DNA of 64,000 bases from Leucoraja erinacea. Lineage: Eukaryota. Position 1 is the stretch's first letter. Every line of letters starts with the position of its first letter. Shown here piece by piece: positions 12,563-25,605 of this stretch. The notes under the pieces are model-generated. The model searched no databases, was not told the DNA's origin, and worked only from the letters and a program-made list of their open reading frames with translations. The stretch covers positions 124,001 to 188,000 of the forward strand of contig NW_026575374.1 of assembly GCF_028641065.1 (NCBI RefSeq), in the 5' to 3' direction. The translations under genes were made by a program, and so were the position numbers.

Positions 12563-13183
12563 ACCCATACATCTTTATTAGGAGTTACTGGCAATAGGGT
12601 TATTTCTCCCAGATAAATCTTAATAGAGACATCGAGCTGTCAGACTTTGTCACGCCCCTCATTCTTTTCAGCTTTCTCCCACCCATTGCGATCAGTCTGA
12701 AGAAGGTCTCGACAGATGTTGCCTAACTAGCGGAATTCCTCCTGCACTTTGAGTTTTGCACAGAAACAAGCCCTTCATGATCAGAATCAGATTTTATTCG
12801 CCAAGTATGTTTTGCAACATAAGAGGAAATTCACTGGCCATGTCAGTCATACAATTAAATTGGCCAGGTCAGTCATACAATTAAAAGCAACAGACTCAAA
12901 GACACATTTTAACATGAACATCCATCATAATGACTCATACACATTCCTCACTGTGATGGAAGGCGAAATAAAGTTCAAGTCCTTCCCTTACGTTCATCAT
13001 TGTTCGGGGGCCTCGAGCCCCCGTTAACGGGATGATCTTGAATCCCGTAGCCGGTGGCGTTCGGGCCCCTCCGCGTTGAGGCGTTCATCTCCCGCATCGG
13101 TGGGTTGTCAGCTCCCCCCGCGCCGTGCGATCAAACCTCGCGTCGGGGCTGGTCGAGCATTCTGCGGCGTTGGAGCTCCCGAC

Positions 13184-13208
13184 CAAAGATCCTAGAGGAG
13201 CCCATTTG
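13184..13208. mobile_element. CAAAGAT-family TIR remnant / excision footprint
   Basis: caaagatcctagaggag (17 bp) plus cccatttg, flanked by the exact 8-bp duplication ctcccgac (13176-13183 and 13209-13216). Confidence 0.75.
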
Positions 13209-14491
13209 CTCCCGACTAGCCTCTCCAGAGACTGCGAGCCCTTGATGGTAAGTCCTCAGGCCGAGGTGGGAGCGATCCCAGGCAAGGGATCCGCTCCGAT
13301 GTTAAGCTCGCGCCCCGCGGTGGGGCTCACGACAGTCCGAGGCGGCTTCCAGCTCCAGCGATGGTAGGCCGCAAAGCCCGGAGAATGTGATCCGAAAAAT
13401 GATCACATCTCCGGGAAGGCAAGAACCTTTTCTCTATAACTGTTCATTCCTTGCTTTACCTCGTTAAATTTAAGAAACATCGACCACTTCTTTAAATACC
13501 TCGCCTGAACAACCTGCGAGGGGAGAAAGTTCCAGAGATTCACGGCTCTCTGCAAGAAGAAATATCGTTTGGCCAATCTCTCCGCAGTTGCTGCCTGATT
13601 TGCTGAGTTCTTTCAGCACTAACGGAAGCAAGGGATATGGGGAAAACGCAGGAACGGGGTACTGAATTTGGATGATCATATTGCATGGCGGTACTGGTTG
13701 GAAGGGCCGAATGGCCTATTGCACCAATTTTGTATGTTTGTCATATGTATTCAGACAAAAGATCAGGCCAGATCAGCGAGAGTATGGGTTCCCTCAGGAA
13801 TAAAGGTGGTCATCAACGTGTGGAGACGCAGGAGATGGGCAACGTCCTCAATGAGTATTTGTGCTCAGTCTTTATTTATCATGGCGAAAAACACGATGGT
13901 CAATGAAATGGAATGGAGAGGTCTTGTGGTTGAGCAGGGTTTAACGTCCAAAAACAGATACATCATTTATGTACAATTCACTTGGTAATTGAAATTGCAT
14001 ACACATTCTTCCCATTTCAAAGTTAAGAAGAACAGTTTTGAGTGGGGACTTGAGTGTAAATCCAATGGTCAATGCAAAGAGACAGTTTCCTTGTTGCACA
14101 AGAATTAAAGTAATTTTAGGGTTAAAATTAGGAATAGAGAACTAATTCTCGTTCCGAAGAACTAATCGTTTCTCTCACATTATTCGTTTCCCTGCCATAA
14201 AATCCATCGCTTTCATTTCCCATAAAAAACCACTCTGTTGTCGCAATTATTCATATAATGTCATAAATTGTAAGATAATCGGTAAATATACGCAAAAATT
14301 TCAATTGAGGAAGATCGTTGTTTATTTAATTTCACTTGATGTCGGCAGTGATAGGTCTGCGCCGAAGGATGAGCCACGTGATATGTACTGGCTCACGTTT
14401 CTTGTTGTTCTTCACCCAGGTCCGCACAGTTGATATAAGAACCAATCGAGGCACACGTTTATTTTCGCTTGTGAACCCGCCATTTGGTGTC

Positions 14492-14877
14492 TTGACAGGC
14501 AGAGGAAAAGGAGGGGTAGGGGTTGGGCAAGGGCGGTTCAAAGCGGCACCGTTAACTTATTTGTGACAATCAAAGATACTAGAGGAGTAAGTAGACCACT
14601 CCTACAAAAAGTCGTAATAGGTCACGGTTAAGGTTGGTGACAACATCCAAGGCATCACCAAATCTGCCAGACGTCGTTTGGCTCGACGAGGCGACGTCAA
14701 ACGCATTTCTGGACTCATCTATGAGGAAGTACGCGGAGTTTTGAAGGTTTTCCTTGAGAATGTCATCCGGGATTCAGTAACCAACGTGGAACATGCGAAA
14801 CTCAGACAGTGACAGCAATGGACGTGGTGTATGCACTGAAACGCCAGTGGCGTACCTTGTATGGGTTTCGGGGCTAA
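14492..14877 (+). pseudogene. H4: Histone H4 pseudogene
   Basis: Start codon is TTG; 66-bp insertion plus target duplication; frameshifts; degenerate stem-loop ggttattttcaaaacc near 14907-14922. Confidence 0.93.
14571..14636. mobile_element. CAAAGAT-family internally deleted remnant inside H4
   Basis: Starts caaagatactagaggag and ends ttg; flanked by gtgacaat/gtgacaac. The intact paralog at about 62682 has a single gtgacaac. Confidence 0.8.
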
Positions 14878-17230
14878 AAGATGTGAGAAGTACTTAGAAA
14901 ACCAAAGGTTATTTTCAAAACCACCGCATCATACTAAAAGACCGATAACTTAGTTTAACCGCTTTGAACAGGAAGCGACATCCTACGCATGGCAAATTTA
15001 ACATTACATTGAACATTATTATCTATTCACTTTCCTCCTCAACTGGTCACCATCTCCATCTAGTTTATTTTCTTTATGTACAGTAATGGTAACATTTCAC
15101 TTTTCCCCAATTCTACGGATTAAAATCTAACAAACCACTTATAATTTCAGAGATTATTATCAACGTAATTCATTTTTTCCTTCTCTCCTCACTTGATTTT
15201 CATGATGATTGTAATTTTACAATTCCAGTATTATCTTAGATTTTTGTACAGTACATGCTTACAGTTTCACAATTTTAATTTAGTAGCACCTTAATTGTCA
15301 GCTCATTTGTGTCTGAACAGACAGTCTTCCCAGCACTGATCCCAGTGGAATGTACCGTACAATTTAGGCAGTGTGAAGTTGATAATAAAATAGCAGGGGA
15401 TTTGAACTTTAAACCATTCATAACAATTATTCATTAAGTCTTTGCCACATCTATTGTTGTACTTGGTGCCTTTTTGCCACCGTTTAGAGGGGTGCTGCTG
15501 AAGAAATCTCGGGGAGATGCTGTAAATGGTGCAGTATGGCCGCAATGGTGAACGAGGCGTCATTCAATGGTATTCTTCACTGATAAAATGACACAAAGGG
15601 TTGCAGACACTCAGCAGGTCAAGCAGCATCTCTGGAGAACATGGATAGCGAGAACCATGGTCGGGAACCTTCTTCAGAACGTTCAAGGAAGGATACCCTC
15701 AAACGAATTAGAGCATATTTCCCTGAATAGTTGGGAATGAGTCGGGCCAAGGACGGAACCTCGACGACGGAGCTGGTCGGAGCGAGTGGGGCTGAGGTCG
15801 GACTCTCGAGGTCGGAGTGCGCCTCAATGAATAAAGTGGGATCTGACCTGGAGCGCCGCCGAGAACGGTGGGGTGTTTGAAGATTGGTGCCGACATATTC
15901 TCCTCCCGACCATGACTGGGCAAATGACCACATTCTCAAAGGGAGCTAATTGGATCAATTAATTTACATTAGCCTCTGACCTGTGGGGAAATGCCAAAAA
16001 ATATTAATTGGTCGAAATGTAACCAATTAATTGGTTGCCGGTTAATTCATGAGGTGAAATGTTATGCAAAATGCATTATGTGCCTGTCCCACTTAGGCGA
16101 TTTTTCAGCGGACTGCCGGGGACTGTCAAGTTACCCGCAGTCGCCTGAATAGGCTGTGGACCGAGGTTCTTTTTCGTTTAAGTTCGTGACCCAAATCATG
16201 TAACTACATATTGTGTAAAAATATTATAGAAATCTTACCTGAAATCCGTCAATAACAAAACCTGCGCATATTTTTAAAACATAAGAAAAACCTCCAATGT
16301 TCCTAGTAGTAATTGTTAAATCAATGCACATTTGACATTGAGTCGGACGCCAATTGACCAATCAGGTGCTTTGTTTCATGGTAGCTAGGCAGTGAGCGCT
16401 GGGGATCATGGCTGCCTTCAAATTATATCAAATCAATAGCAAGGTTTCCAAGGAATAAAGGTAATGCTTACCTTGCCGAAAATTTTGTTGTACAATTGAT
16501 TTTTCTTTGTAAATTTGCGATGTGAACTGTTAAATAAAAATGATAAATAACAAATGTAGAGCTATGGTTTCTTCTTAAACAATAATAAAGGTATCAAATT
16601 TTACACTGCTGTACATTTTTGGTTTTGTTCTTGTCGTAAGGCATGCATGGTATTGTAAACTCTTCTACATTTAAGATAAATCAAGTCAAGTCAAGAGAGT
16701 TTATTGTAATGTGTCCCAGATAGGCCAATGGAATTCTTGCTTTGCTTCAGCACAACAGAATATAGTAGGCATGAATACAGAATATATTCAATAGGCATAA
16801 ATTGACCTACTAATATAAAAGGAATATGAAAGGAAAATGCATCTTCAATATACATGTCTCTCCCCACCCCTGAAAACAATTGCAATTAAGTGATATATCA
16901 TCCATTCTGCAGTTATGTAATTATAATCAGATTTGTTCTTATGTTAAATCTATATGATACTAGACCAAGTGCAGACCCGTTGGGTCTGTTCCCCCAACGT
17001 GTGGTTGTGGGGGGGGGGGGGGGGGGGTGGCGGCATGCAGTATCACACACTAACTACCCCCCCCCTCCCGCACTCACGCTAATGGAGGGGAGGAGGAAGG
17101 GGGGGGAGGAGGAGAAGGGGGGAGGAGGAGCTGTGGGAGGAGGGGGGGAGGAGCAGGGGGGAGAGAGGGGGGAGAGGGGGGAGTAGAGGAGAGGGGGAGT
17201 AGAGGAGAGGGGGAGGGGGGAGAGAGGAGA

Positions 17231-17370
17231 NNNNNNNNNNNNNNNNNNNNNNNNNNNNNNNNNNNNNNNNNNNNNNNNNNNNNNNNNNNNNNNNNNNNNN
17301 NNNNNNNNNNNNNNNNNNNNNNNNNNNNNNNNNNNNNNNNNNNNNNNNNNNNNNNNNNNNNNNNNNNNNN
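17231..17370. other. Assembly gap (140 N) within a GA-rich low-complexity tract
   Basis: Run of n. Confidence 0.99.
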
Positions 17371-17689
17371 AAGGAGGAGAGGGGGGAAGAGGAGGAGGAG
17401 GGGGAGAGGAGAGGAGGAGAGAGGGAGGAGAGGGGGGGGGGGTGAGGGGGGGGAGAGGAGGGGGGGGGGGGGGGTCTAGTATCATATAGATTTAACATAA
17501 GAACAAAAATCTGATTATAACTACATAACTGCAGAATGGATGATATATCACTTAATTGCAATTGTTTTCAGGGGTGGGGGGAGAGAGACATGTATATTGA
17601 AGATGCATTTTTTCTCTAGTAGGTCAATTTATGCCTACTGAATAAATTCTGTATTCATGCCTACTATATTCAGTTGTGCTGAAGCAACC

Positions 17690-17697
17690 TCTCTCTT

Positions 17698-17735
<38 letters not shown>

Positions 17736-17977
17736 TCCCTCTCTCCTCCTCTCTTCCCCATTTCTCCCTCCTACCTCACTCTTCCCCTTGCCCTCTCTCC
17801 CCTCTGTTTTCTCCACTGTATCTATCTATTTTTCTTTGTCCCCCTATCTCTCTCTTACCCCCCGTTTCTCTCTTCTTTCCCCCTCTCTCTTTCTTTACCA
17901 CCCCCTCTCTCTTCCCCTTCTCCCCCCTTCTCTCTCCTACCCTCTCCACTCCCTCTTTCTTCCCTCACCCCTCTCTC

Positions 17978-18014
<37 letters not shown>

Positions 18015-18524
18015 TCTCCCCCTACCTCTCTCTCCCCTCTCTACCCCCCTCCCCCTCTCTCTCTCCTCCTCTCTCTCCCCCTCTATCCCTCCCTGTCTCT
18101 CCCCTCTCTCTCCTCCTCTCCCCCCCTCTCTCTCTCCCCACTGTCTCCCTGTCTCCTTCTCTCTCTCTCCACCTCCCTTTGAGAGTCTGGCGGCAGCGGC
18201 GCGACACCTCCGACGTCCGGGACACTCGCACTGTCCGGAGTGCTCCATGGCCAGAGCTGCAGCGAGCGACACGCCGGCCCCGGCAAACATTCGTCCGTCC
18301 CGGCTCCCCGCATCTGTTCCGGCCGCTGGTCCTACTCCCATCCATCCCGCAGCCCCTGTTCTCCAACACCCGCGGACCATTGCAGTTTATCCGAGTTTTG
18401 AAATTTTCGTTGATCACAAAATTTCTCACAACTGAGCGTGAGAAATTTCTGATGAGCGTGAGGGCGTGAGAGTTTGCTTGAGGGCGTGAGTCCCACGCTC
18501 AAAGCGTGAGAGTTGGCAGCCCTG
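17690..18524. mobile_element. hAT-like (CAGGGCTGCCA terminus) non-autonomous element with CT-rich tract
   Basis: Ends agttggcagccctg with subterminal gcgtgag repeats; inverted paralog begins at about 31161. Confidence 0.65.
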
Positions 18525-18660
18525 GATAAGTTGATCTATAAGTCTGCATGAATCGGTGGAGCGTGCGGCCTGTTTACATGCTACATTTACAAACTAAACT
18601 ATAGGTATAACTATTCAAATATATTACACCAGGATAAAACTCTTTAGGGATAGGTTTAGT

Positions 18661-18676
18661 GGCTCTTAAAAGAGCC
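18661..18676 (-). terminator. Histone 3' stem-loop of H2A
   Basis: Minus strand GGCTCTTTTAAGAGCC, with HDE-like aaagagtt downstream. Confidence 0.95.
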
Positions 18677-18708
18677 TTTTGTATCCAGTTGGATTATGTT
18701 GATGTCAT

Positions 18709-19310
<602 letters not shown>

Positions 19311-19994
19311 TGGTATCAATCCGAGAAATTGACACTTTCTCTTTCTTCGACGTCATCTGTCCCGCTGAATATTTCCAGCGGTATCTGGTTTTACTTCGGG
19401 TTCCATTTTCTTGGTTCTTAGTTTCTTGGTCCTCCAAAATATTCCAAATGGAATTAAAACTGGAGGCGGTGGAGGGAGGTCTTAAGCCAGAAAAGGTTAT
19501 TGGGAAGAAATAGCTACTTTAATTTGTTTCCACATCCAATTAAATTAAAGGTACACAAAAAAGCTGGATAAACTCAGCCGGTGCAGCAGCATCTATGGAG
19601 CGAAGGAAATAGGCAACGTTTCGGGCCGAAACCCTTCTTCAGACTTAAGTTAAATTAAGTTGTTTAATGGACTATCAAGGAACTGTAAATGCACAATTGA
19701 TTTAAATATGTTTCCCCGGGATTAGGTACAATGATAATGCATTGTAGTAGCATGTCAACCTATATATGTGTAGAGAATGGCAGGGTGACATTTTTTCATG
19801 CAGTGTTGAATCTCTGGAACTCTCTCCCCCTAGCGGGTTGTGGAGGCGAGGGTATTTGAAGGCGCGGGAGATTTTTTAAAATTTAAATAAGTAAATCAAG
19901 GAATTAAAGACAATGGATAACCTGCGTATAAGAGGAGATGAGTTCCAGCGTAGATCACCCATGACAATATTAAATGGTGTGGTAGACTTGGGTC

Positions 19995-20520
19995 GAGTTG
20001 TAAGCACGTTTGTGGCCCATATCTGAGGAAGGATGTGCTGACTCTGGAGAGGGTCCAGAGGAGGTTTACAAGAATGTTTCCATGAATGAGTGGGTTATCA
20101 TATGATGAGCGTTTGACAACACTGGGCCTCTACTTGCTGGAGTTTGGAAGGTTGAGAGGGGGACCTCATTGAAACTGACAGGATGTGGAAAGGATGTTTC
20201 TGCCAAAGATTATAGATTTCTACTGGTGGAAGAGTCTAGGATCAGAGATCACAGCCTCAGCATTAAAGGGTGCTCTTTACGAAATGAGGTGAGGAGGAAC
20301 TTCTTTAGTCAGAGGGTTTTTAACCCGTGGAACGCGTTGCCACTGAGAGCTGTGGAAGTCAAGGCAGTGAATATTTTTAAGGCAGAAATAGACACATTTG
20401 TGATTAGAATAGGTGTCCTGGGGTGAAGGCAGGAAAATGTGATTCGGAGGCATAAATCAGCCATAATTGAACGGCGGAGTGGATTTGATGGGCCAAATGG
20501 CCTAATTCTACCCCTATTAC
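19995..20520 (+). mobile_element. CR1-clade LINE 3' fragment
   Basis: LERVQRRFTRM...FFSQRVFNPWNALP. Confidence 0.8.
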
Positions 20521-21258
20521 GTGACCCCACCACTTGCCACATCTTCCCATCTCCCCCCATGTCTGCCTTCCGCAAAGACCGCTCCCTCCGCAACTCCCTT
20601 GTCAATTCTTCCCTTCCCTCCCGTACCACCCCCTCCCCGGGCACTTTCCATTGCAACCGCAAGAAATGCACCACCCGTCTCTTTACCTCTCCCCTCGACT
20701 CCATTCAAGGACCCAAGCAGTCGTTCCAGGTGCGACAGAGGTTCACCTGTATCACCCCCAACCTCATCTACTGCATCCGCTGCTCTAGATGTCAGCTGAT
20801 CTACATCGGTGAGACTAAGCGGAGGTTGGGCGATCGCTTCACCGAACACCTCCGCTCGGTCCGTAAGAATCTACCTGACCTCCCGGTGGCTCAGCACTTC
20901 AACTCCCCCCTCCCATTCCCAATCCGACCTCTCTGTCCTGGGTCTCCTCCATTGCCAGAGTGAGCAACACTGGAAATTGGAGGAACAACACCTCAAATTT
21001 TGCTTGGGGAGTCTGCATCCTGCGGGCATGAACATTGAATTCTCCCAATTTTGTTTGCCCTTGCTGTCTCCTCCCCTTCCTCAGCCCTCGGGCTGTCTCC
21101 TCCCATCCCCCAGCCCTCGGGCTCCTCCTCCTTTTTCCTTCCTTCTCCCCGCCACCCCCTATCAGTCTGAAGAAGGGTTTCGACCCGAAACGTTACCTAT
21201 TTCCTTCGCTGCATAGATGCTGCTGCACCCGCTGAGTTTCTCCAGCATTTTTGTGTAC
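20521..21258 (+). mobile_element. Penelope-like GIY-YIG fragment plus 3' end
   Basis: LIYCIRCSRCQLIYIGETKRRLGDRF; similar to 5676-6424. Confidence 0.82.
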
Positions 21259-21869
21259 CCTCCTCCTATCCCCATTTTGTTCTGTCATCTCATACTTGCT
21301 CACCAGGTCATAGAATCAGAGTAATGCTGCATAGAAACCAGTCATTCAGCCCAACTTGCTTTTGCCAAACAAGATGCCCCATCTACACCCATCCCATCTA
21401 CCCGCTATGGCCGATATTCCGTTAAAACATTCAACAAAAAAAGACAAATGAAGGAGTGAATAGGTCCTGTCAAAGTATAGTGGAGCCACAATTTTTTATC
21501 AGGGCAGTAACGTGAAGACAAGGGAAGAGGGAAAGATAATGAGAAATCTTGCAGATAGTTTGCGTTACTGCATTGGAGCTATATTGTGCATACTGACCTT
21601 CCTGTCTTGGGCTTCCTCCACTGTGAGAGTGTGGCCAAATGCAAATTGGACGCACAGACCCTCATATTTTGCTGGGGTATCTTACTACCCTGCGGTAGGA
21701 ATATTGGTTTCTCTAATTTCAAATAACCCTTGCATTCCCTCTATTTCCATCCCTCCCCTATCCTAGTCATCCAACTAGTTTCATTGTCGTCCTGATTATT
21801 TTCATTGTTTGTATCCCCTTGTTATCACATTTTCTACAGCCAGCATTGTGGGCTCCACATTTCCGTGAT

Positions 21870-21917
21870 CGCCGTGTTGGAAGGAACAAAGGTGGTGAAC
21901 CAGTACACGAGCTCCAT
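21870..21917 (+). pseudogene. H2B: H2B C-terminal remnant
   Basis: gccgtgttggaaggaacaaaggtggtgaaccagtacacgagctcc reads AVLEGTKVVNQYTSS. Downstream flank (tttaagcatcagctgtccgg...agaattcct) matches the H2B flank near 41765-41812. Confidence 0.72.
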
Positions 21918-22119
21918 GCAAAGATCTGAGATTGCGAACAAACGAAACTGACACACCCACATTTTCATTGAATAATCTTACTAATATTTCAACAAATAAT
22001 TTTAACACAGATGTTGCTCTCAAGATTTCTGCTGCGGATTTAATCTTGGTTATTTCTACATTTAAGCATCAGCTGTCCGGAATACCTCCTGCATAGCTGA
22101 AGAATTCCTGCCACTGGAA

Positions 22120-22925
22120 CACCGCGGAAAGTATCATTCACGGATTACAACTCTCGCTCCCCACATGGCACACCCTTGATCTACTGAGAGGTCATTCCTC
22201 CATACAAAGAATGGGTTCAGTTCTGCCTCTGAATCCAGCAACTTGTTTGGCCATCCATTTGTAACATACTCCTGCACTCTTGACAAAAGTCTGTCAGTGC
22301 GACTAGCCTTTCGAATGTCCCCTGAAGTGAGAGGTAACTAATCTACATGAGAGAAACAAAACAAGTCCTCTCTGTTTGGGGTAACCTCCAAATTCAAAGG
22401 TAATCTAGACATGGCATCAGCACTGCTGTGCTCTGCTGCCTTATGATACTGAATATCATACTGGTATGCAGACAATATCAATGCCCATCTTTGCATTCTG
22501 GCTGCTGCCAGAGTTGGTATGTGTGCTTTTGGATCACTGTCAACAGCTGGTGATCTGTCTCGATTACAAACCTTCTACCATACAAGTATTTGAGAAACCT
22601 CCTAATGTCAAAAATCAATGCAAGAGCCTCTTGCTCTATTTGCGCATAATTTCTCTCACTGGCATTAGGTTTTCTAGACGGAAATGCTATTGGCCTCTCG
22701 TCTCCCTTTTTTTTTTGCACATGAGAGATCACAGCACCAATACTGTATGGTGAAGCATCCCATGCTAACTTCATTGGCTTATTTACATCATAATGAATTA
22801 GCATTGTACTCTCTGCCAACTGAGCTTTACATGACTTGAAAGCTTGGTCCCATTCATGTGGCCACTTCCATGGTACATCTTTTCTCGAGGTCATTCAAGG
22901 GATGTAAACAGGTGGACAGCTAGGG
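22120..22925 (-). mobile_element. Gypsy LTR-retrotransposon pol fragment (RNase H)
   Basis: LAWDASPYSIGAVISH...ERNYAQIEQEALAL...YLYGRRFVIETDH. Confidence 0.85.
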
Positions 22926-22989
22926 GCATAATTTACATGAGCCCTGAATGAGATACATGAATAATCGTGAGACACAAGTGAGATACAGG

Positions 22990-23400
22990 AATGCTGGAGG
23001 CTGTCCAGTGTTATGCCTCTGTTTAAGAAGAGCTGCAAGGAAAATGCCAGAAATTATAGAGCTGTGAGCCTTACTTCTGTGGCAGATAAATTTGTGTGAA
23101 ACTTAAGTTACTGTAGCTGATTCTGAGGGATAATATACATATATAGGCATATATGAATTTGGAGAGTCGTGGGCTAATTAGGGATAATCAGTTTGTATGT
23201 GAGAGATCATGTCTCATGAATTTGATTACATCTTCTGAAGAATTAACCAAAAGATTGATGAAGGCAAAGTTGTAGATGTTGTCCATAGGGACATAAGCAA
23301 GGCATTTGATAAGGTTCTGCATGAGGTTCCTCTGGAATATTAAATCACACAGGATCCAGGGAGAAAATACATCAAATGGATAAAAAATTAATCATGGAAG
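22990..23400 (+). mobile_element. CR1-clade RT fragment
   Basis: NYRAVSLTSV...KAFDKV. Confidence 0.7.
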
Positions 23401-24015
23401 ATTGCTTTTCGAGAGGCTCGTGACGATGTATTTAAAAGTATGTATGACATCCAATAGGGGCACAATTTATTACGTTCTGGCCTTAAGACAAAATAGAACA
23501 ACGTTTATATAACATGAAAAAAAACTTCAATTAGTCAATGTCTCATGTGACTCTCCCCTGGAGTCGTGTAAGGTGCTGATAACAATTTTGAGCATCTATT
23601 AATTGAATCATTTAAACAAACAAGAGAGTTCTCACACTGTCAAAAGTCCAAATTCACCACCAAAGGATCATTACCAAAGACAGTACTTTTTGGAAATTGC
23701 TGAAGAGACGCCAGCTGTTGCATTTGTCTGCATTTGTTCCAGATAAATTAAAGTAATTTTAGGGTTGAAATTAGAATTCAAGTAGAGAATTGTATGTCAT
23801 ACTCGTTTCTCTCCCATAAAATGGCAATGTTTTAATATAATCTTTAATTTCCCAACAAAAGAACTATTCTGTTGTTGCAATTATTCATATCATTTTACTA
23901 ATTGCAAGAAAATTGACAAATAAGCAACTATTTTTTTCCGTTGAGCAAGACCATTGTTTATTTAATTCCACTTGATTGGGAAGCAAAGGATCTGGACCGA
24001 GGATGAGTCACGTGA

Positions 24016-24444
<429 letters not shown>

Positions 24445-24468
24445 ACGATACATTATTAGAAATCCAAA

Positions 24469-24484
24469 GGTTCTTTTTAGAACC
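24469..24484 (+). terminator. Histone 3' stem-loop of H4
   Basis: GGTTCTTTTTAGAACC, a compensated stem. Confidence 0.9.
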
Positions 24485-24799
24485 ATCACATTATTCTAAA
24501 AGACCAATCACTTGGTTCAACTTTCAACAGCAAATAATCTAAGCTACACCTGGTAAACCTCTGTGAAAACCGATTTTCAGTTGCCCGCTGGTGTCCGGGT
24601 CACGCATTTCCTCCATTTTGCTCCATTTTCTTTATGTATAGTAATGGCAATGTTTCACATTCTTGCCAATGCTACGGGTTAAAATTCCAAATCCAACAAA
24701 CTGGATAATTTCAGAGGTTTATTATCAACGTAATTCCTGTAGCCTTCTCTTGCAATGTGCTTGTTTTCCCTGATGGTTGAAAGTTTCACCTTTTTTTAG

Positions 24800-25085
24800 A
24801 ATTTAGACTGTCGAGGTACGCCGCGGAAACAGATCCTTCGGCCCACCGAGTCTGCGCCGATCAGTGATCACCCCTGACCAAAGATACTAGAGGAGCTCCT
24901 CTAGTATCTTTGCCCCTGACACTAATGTACACATGCACAACGGACACCTGTACGTCTTTGGAGTGTGGGAGGAAACTGTAGCACCCGGAGACAGAGAGAA
25001 CGGGCACAGGAAGAATGTAAAAACTCCGTCAGCACCCGCAGTCAAGATCGAACCCGGACCCTGAGCGCTGTAAGGCAGCAACCGT
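24800..25085 (-). mobile_element. tRNA-derived SINE (HE1-like); related copies near 25815-26010 and 41980-42250
   Basis: Minus-strand B-box gggttcgatc, central acactccaaagacgtacagg domain, LINE-derived tail gggccgaagg. Confidence 0.7.
24879..24912. mobile_element. Perfect 34-bp palindrome (17+17) with 8-bp target duplication; P-element-type excision footprint
   Basis: cccctgac|caaagatactagaggag-ctcctctagtatctttg|cccctgac. Confidence 0.85.
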
Positions 25086-25120
25086 AACAGAAACCAGAAG
25101 CAAGAGTTACTCCTGATCAA

Positions 25121-25605
25121 GGGTCAGGGAGTGATTCTGCGTTGGTTTTCAGTGCTGGCGGCGAGGCAGCGGCCGGACAGCAATAGCGGCCAAATCTCCC
25201 ATAATTCAAAGCGAGGTAGAAAGTGCCCAGCGCCGACCATTGCCGTTGCAGTGCGCATGCGCAGGGCGGTCGATGATGTGCTGCCGTGGTTGTGCGCATG
25301 TGCAGGGGGAGGACGTGCAGGCCGCAGCAATGCGCATGTGCAAGGCGGCCTGCCGTGCCGGCGGATGAGGAGCGGGCGGAGAGCGGAGTCCGGCGGCCCG
25401 GACACGGATAGCGGGGGGAGAGATAGAGAGGGGGGCCCGCCCAGAGTTGAACGGCAGGTGTCCTGCCTTGGCCGGAGGCCCCCTAGATTTCGAGGCCCTA
25501 GGCTTCAGCCTATGAAGCCGAGTGGTAAATCCGGCTCTGCGAGGCTCCCTAGATCTCGAGACCCTAAGCTTAAGCTTGTCCATTTTATACGTAAATACGG
25601 CCCTG
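25121..25605. mobile_element. hAT-like non-autonomous element fragment (paralog of 7203-7711)
   Basis: Ends gtaaatacggccctg; collinear with the copy at 7203. Confidence 0.55.

Larger units (their letters stand above)
11010..15705 (+). repeat. Segmental duplication unit (H1-like plus H4), paralogous to about 59080-63585
   Basis: Collinear shared flanks from tcttccacaggttaaat (11042 / 59091) to tcgggaaccttcttcaga..gttcaaggaagg (15661 / 63542), interrupted by copy-specific insertions. Confidence 0.9.

Noticed and set aside
11800-12594. Long antisense ORFs over the H1-like genes (also 59650-60426)
   Set aside because: Expected opposite GC-rich coding sequence; no independent support.
15705-15940. 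CpG-rich segment with a 106-aa minus-strand ORF
   Set aside because: No recognisable family, and the ORF runs into a repeat.
16740-17685. Inverted duplication around the N gap (16740-16965 versus 17475-17685)
   Set aside because: It folds back across an assembly gap in GA-rich sequence, so an assembly artefact cannot be excluded.
17657-18469. Long Pro/Ser/Leu and Gly/Glu/Arg ORFs here and at 31193-32385
   Set aside because: Translations of CT/GA low-complexity tracts inside a repeat.
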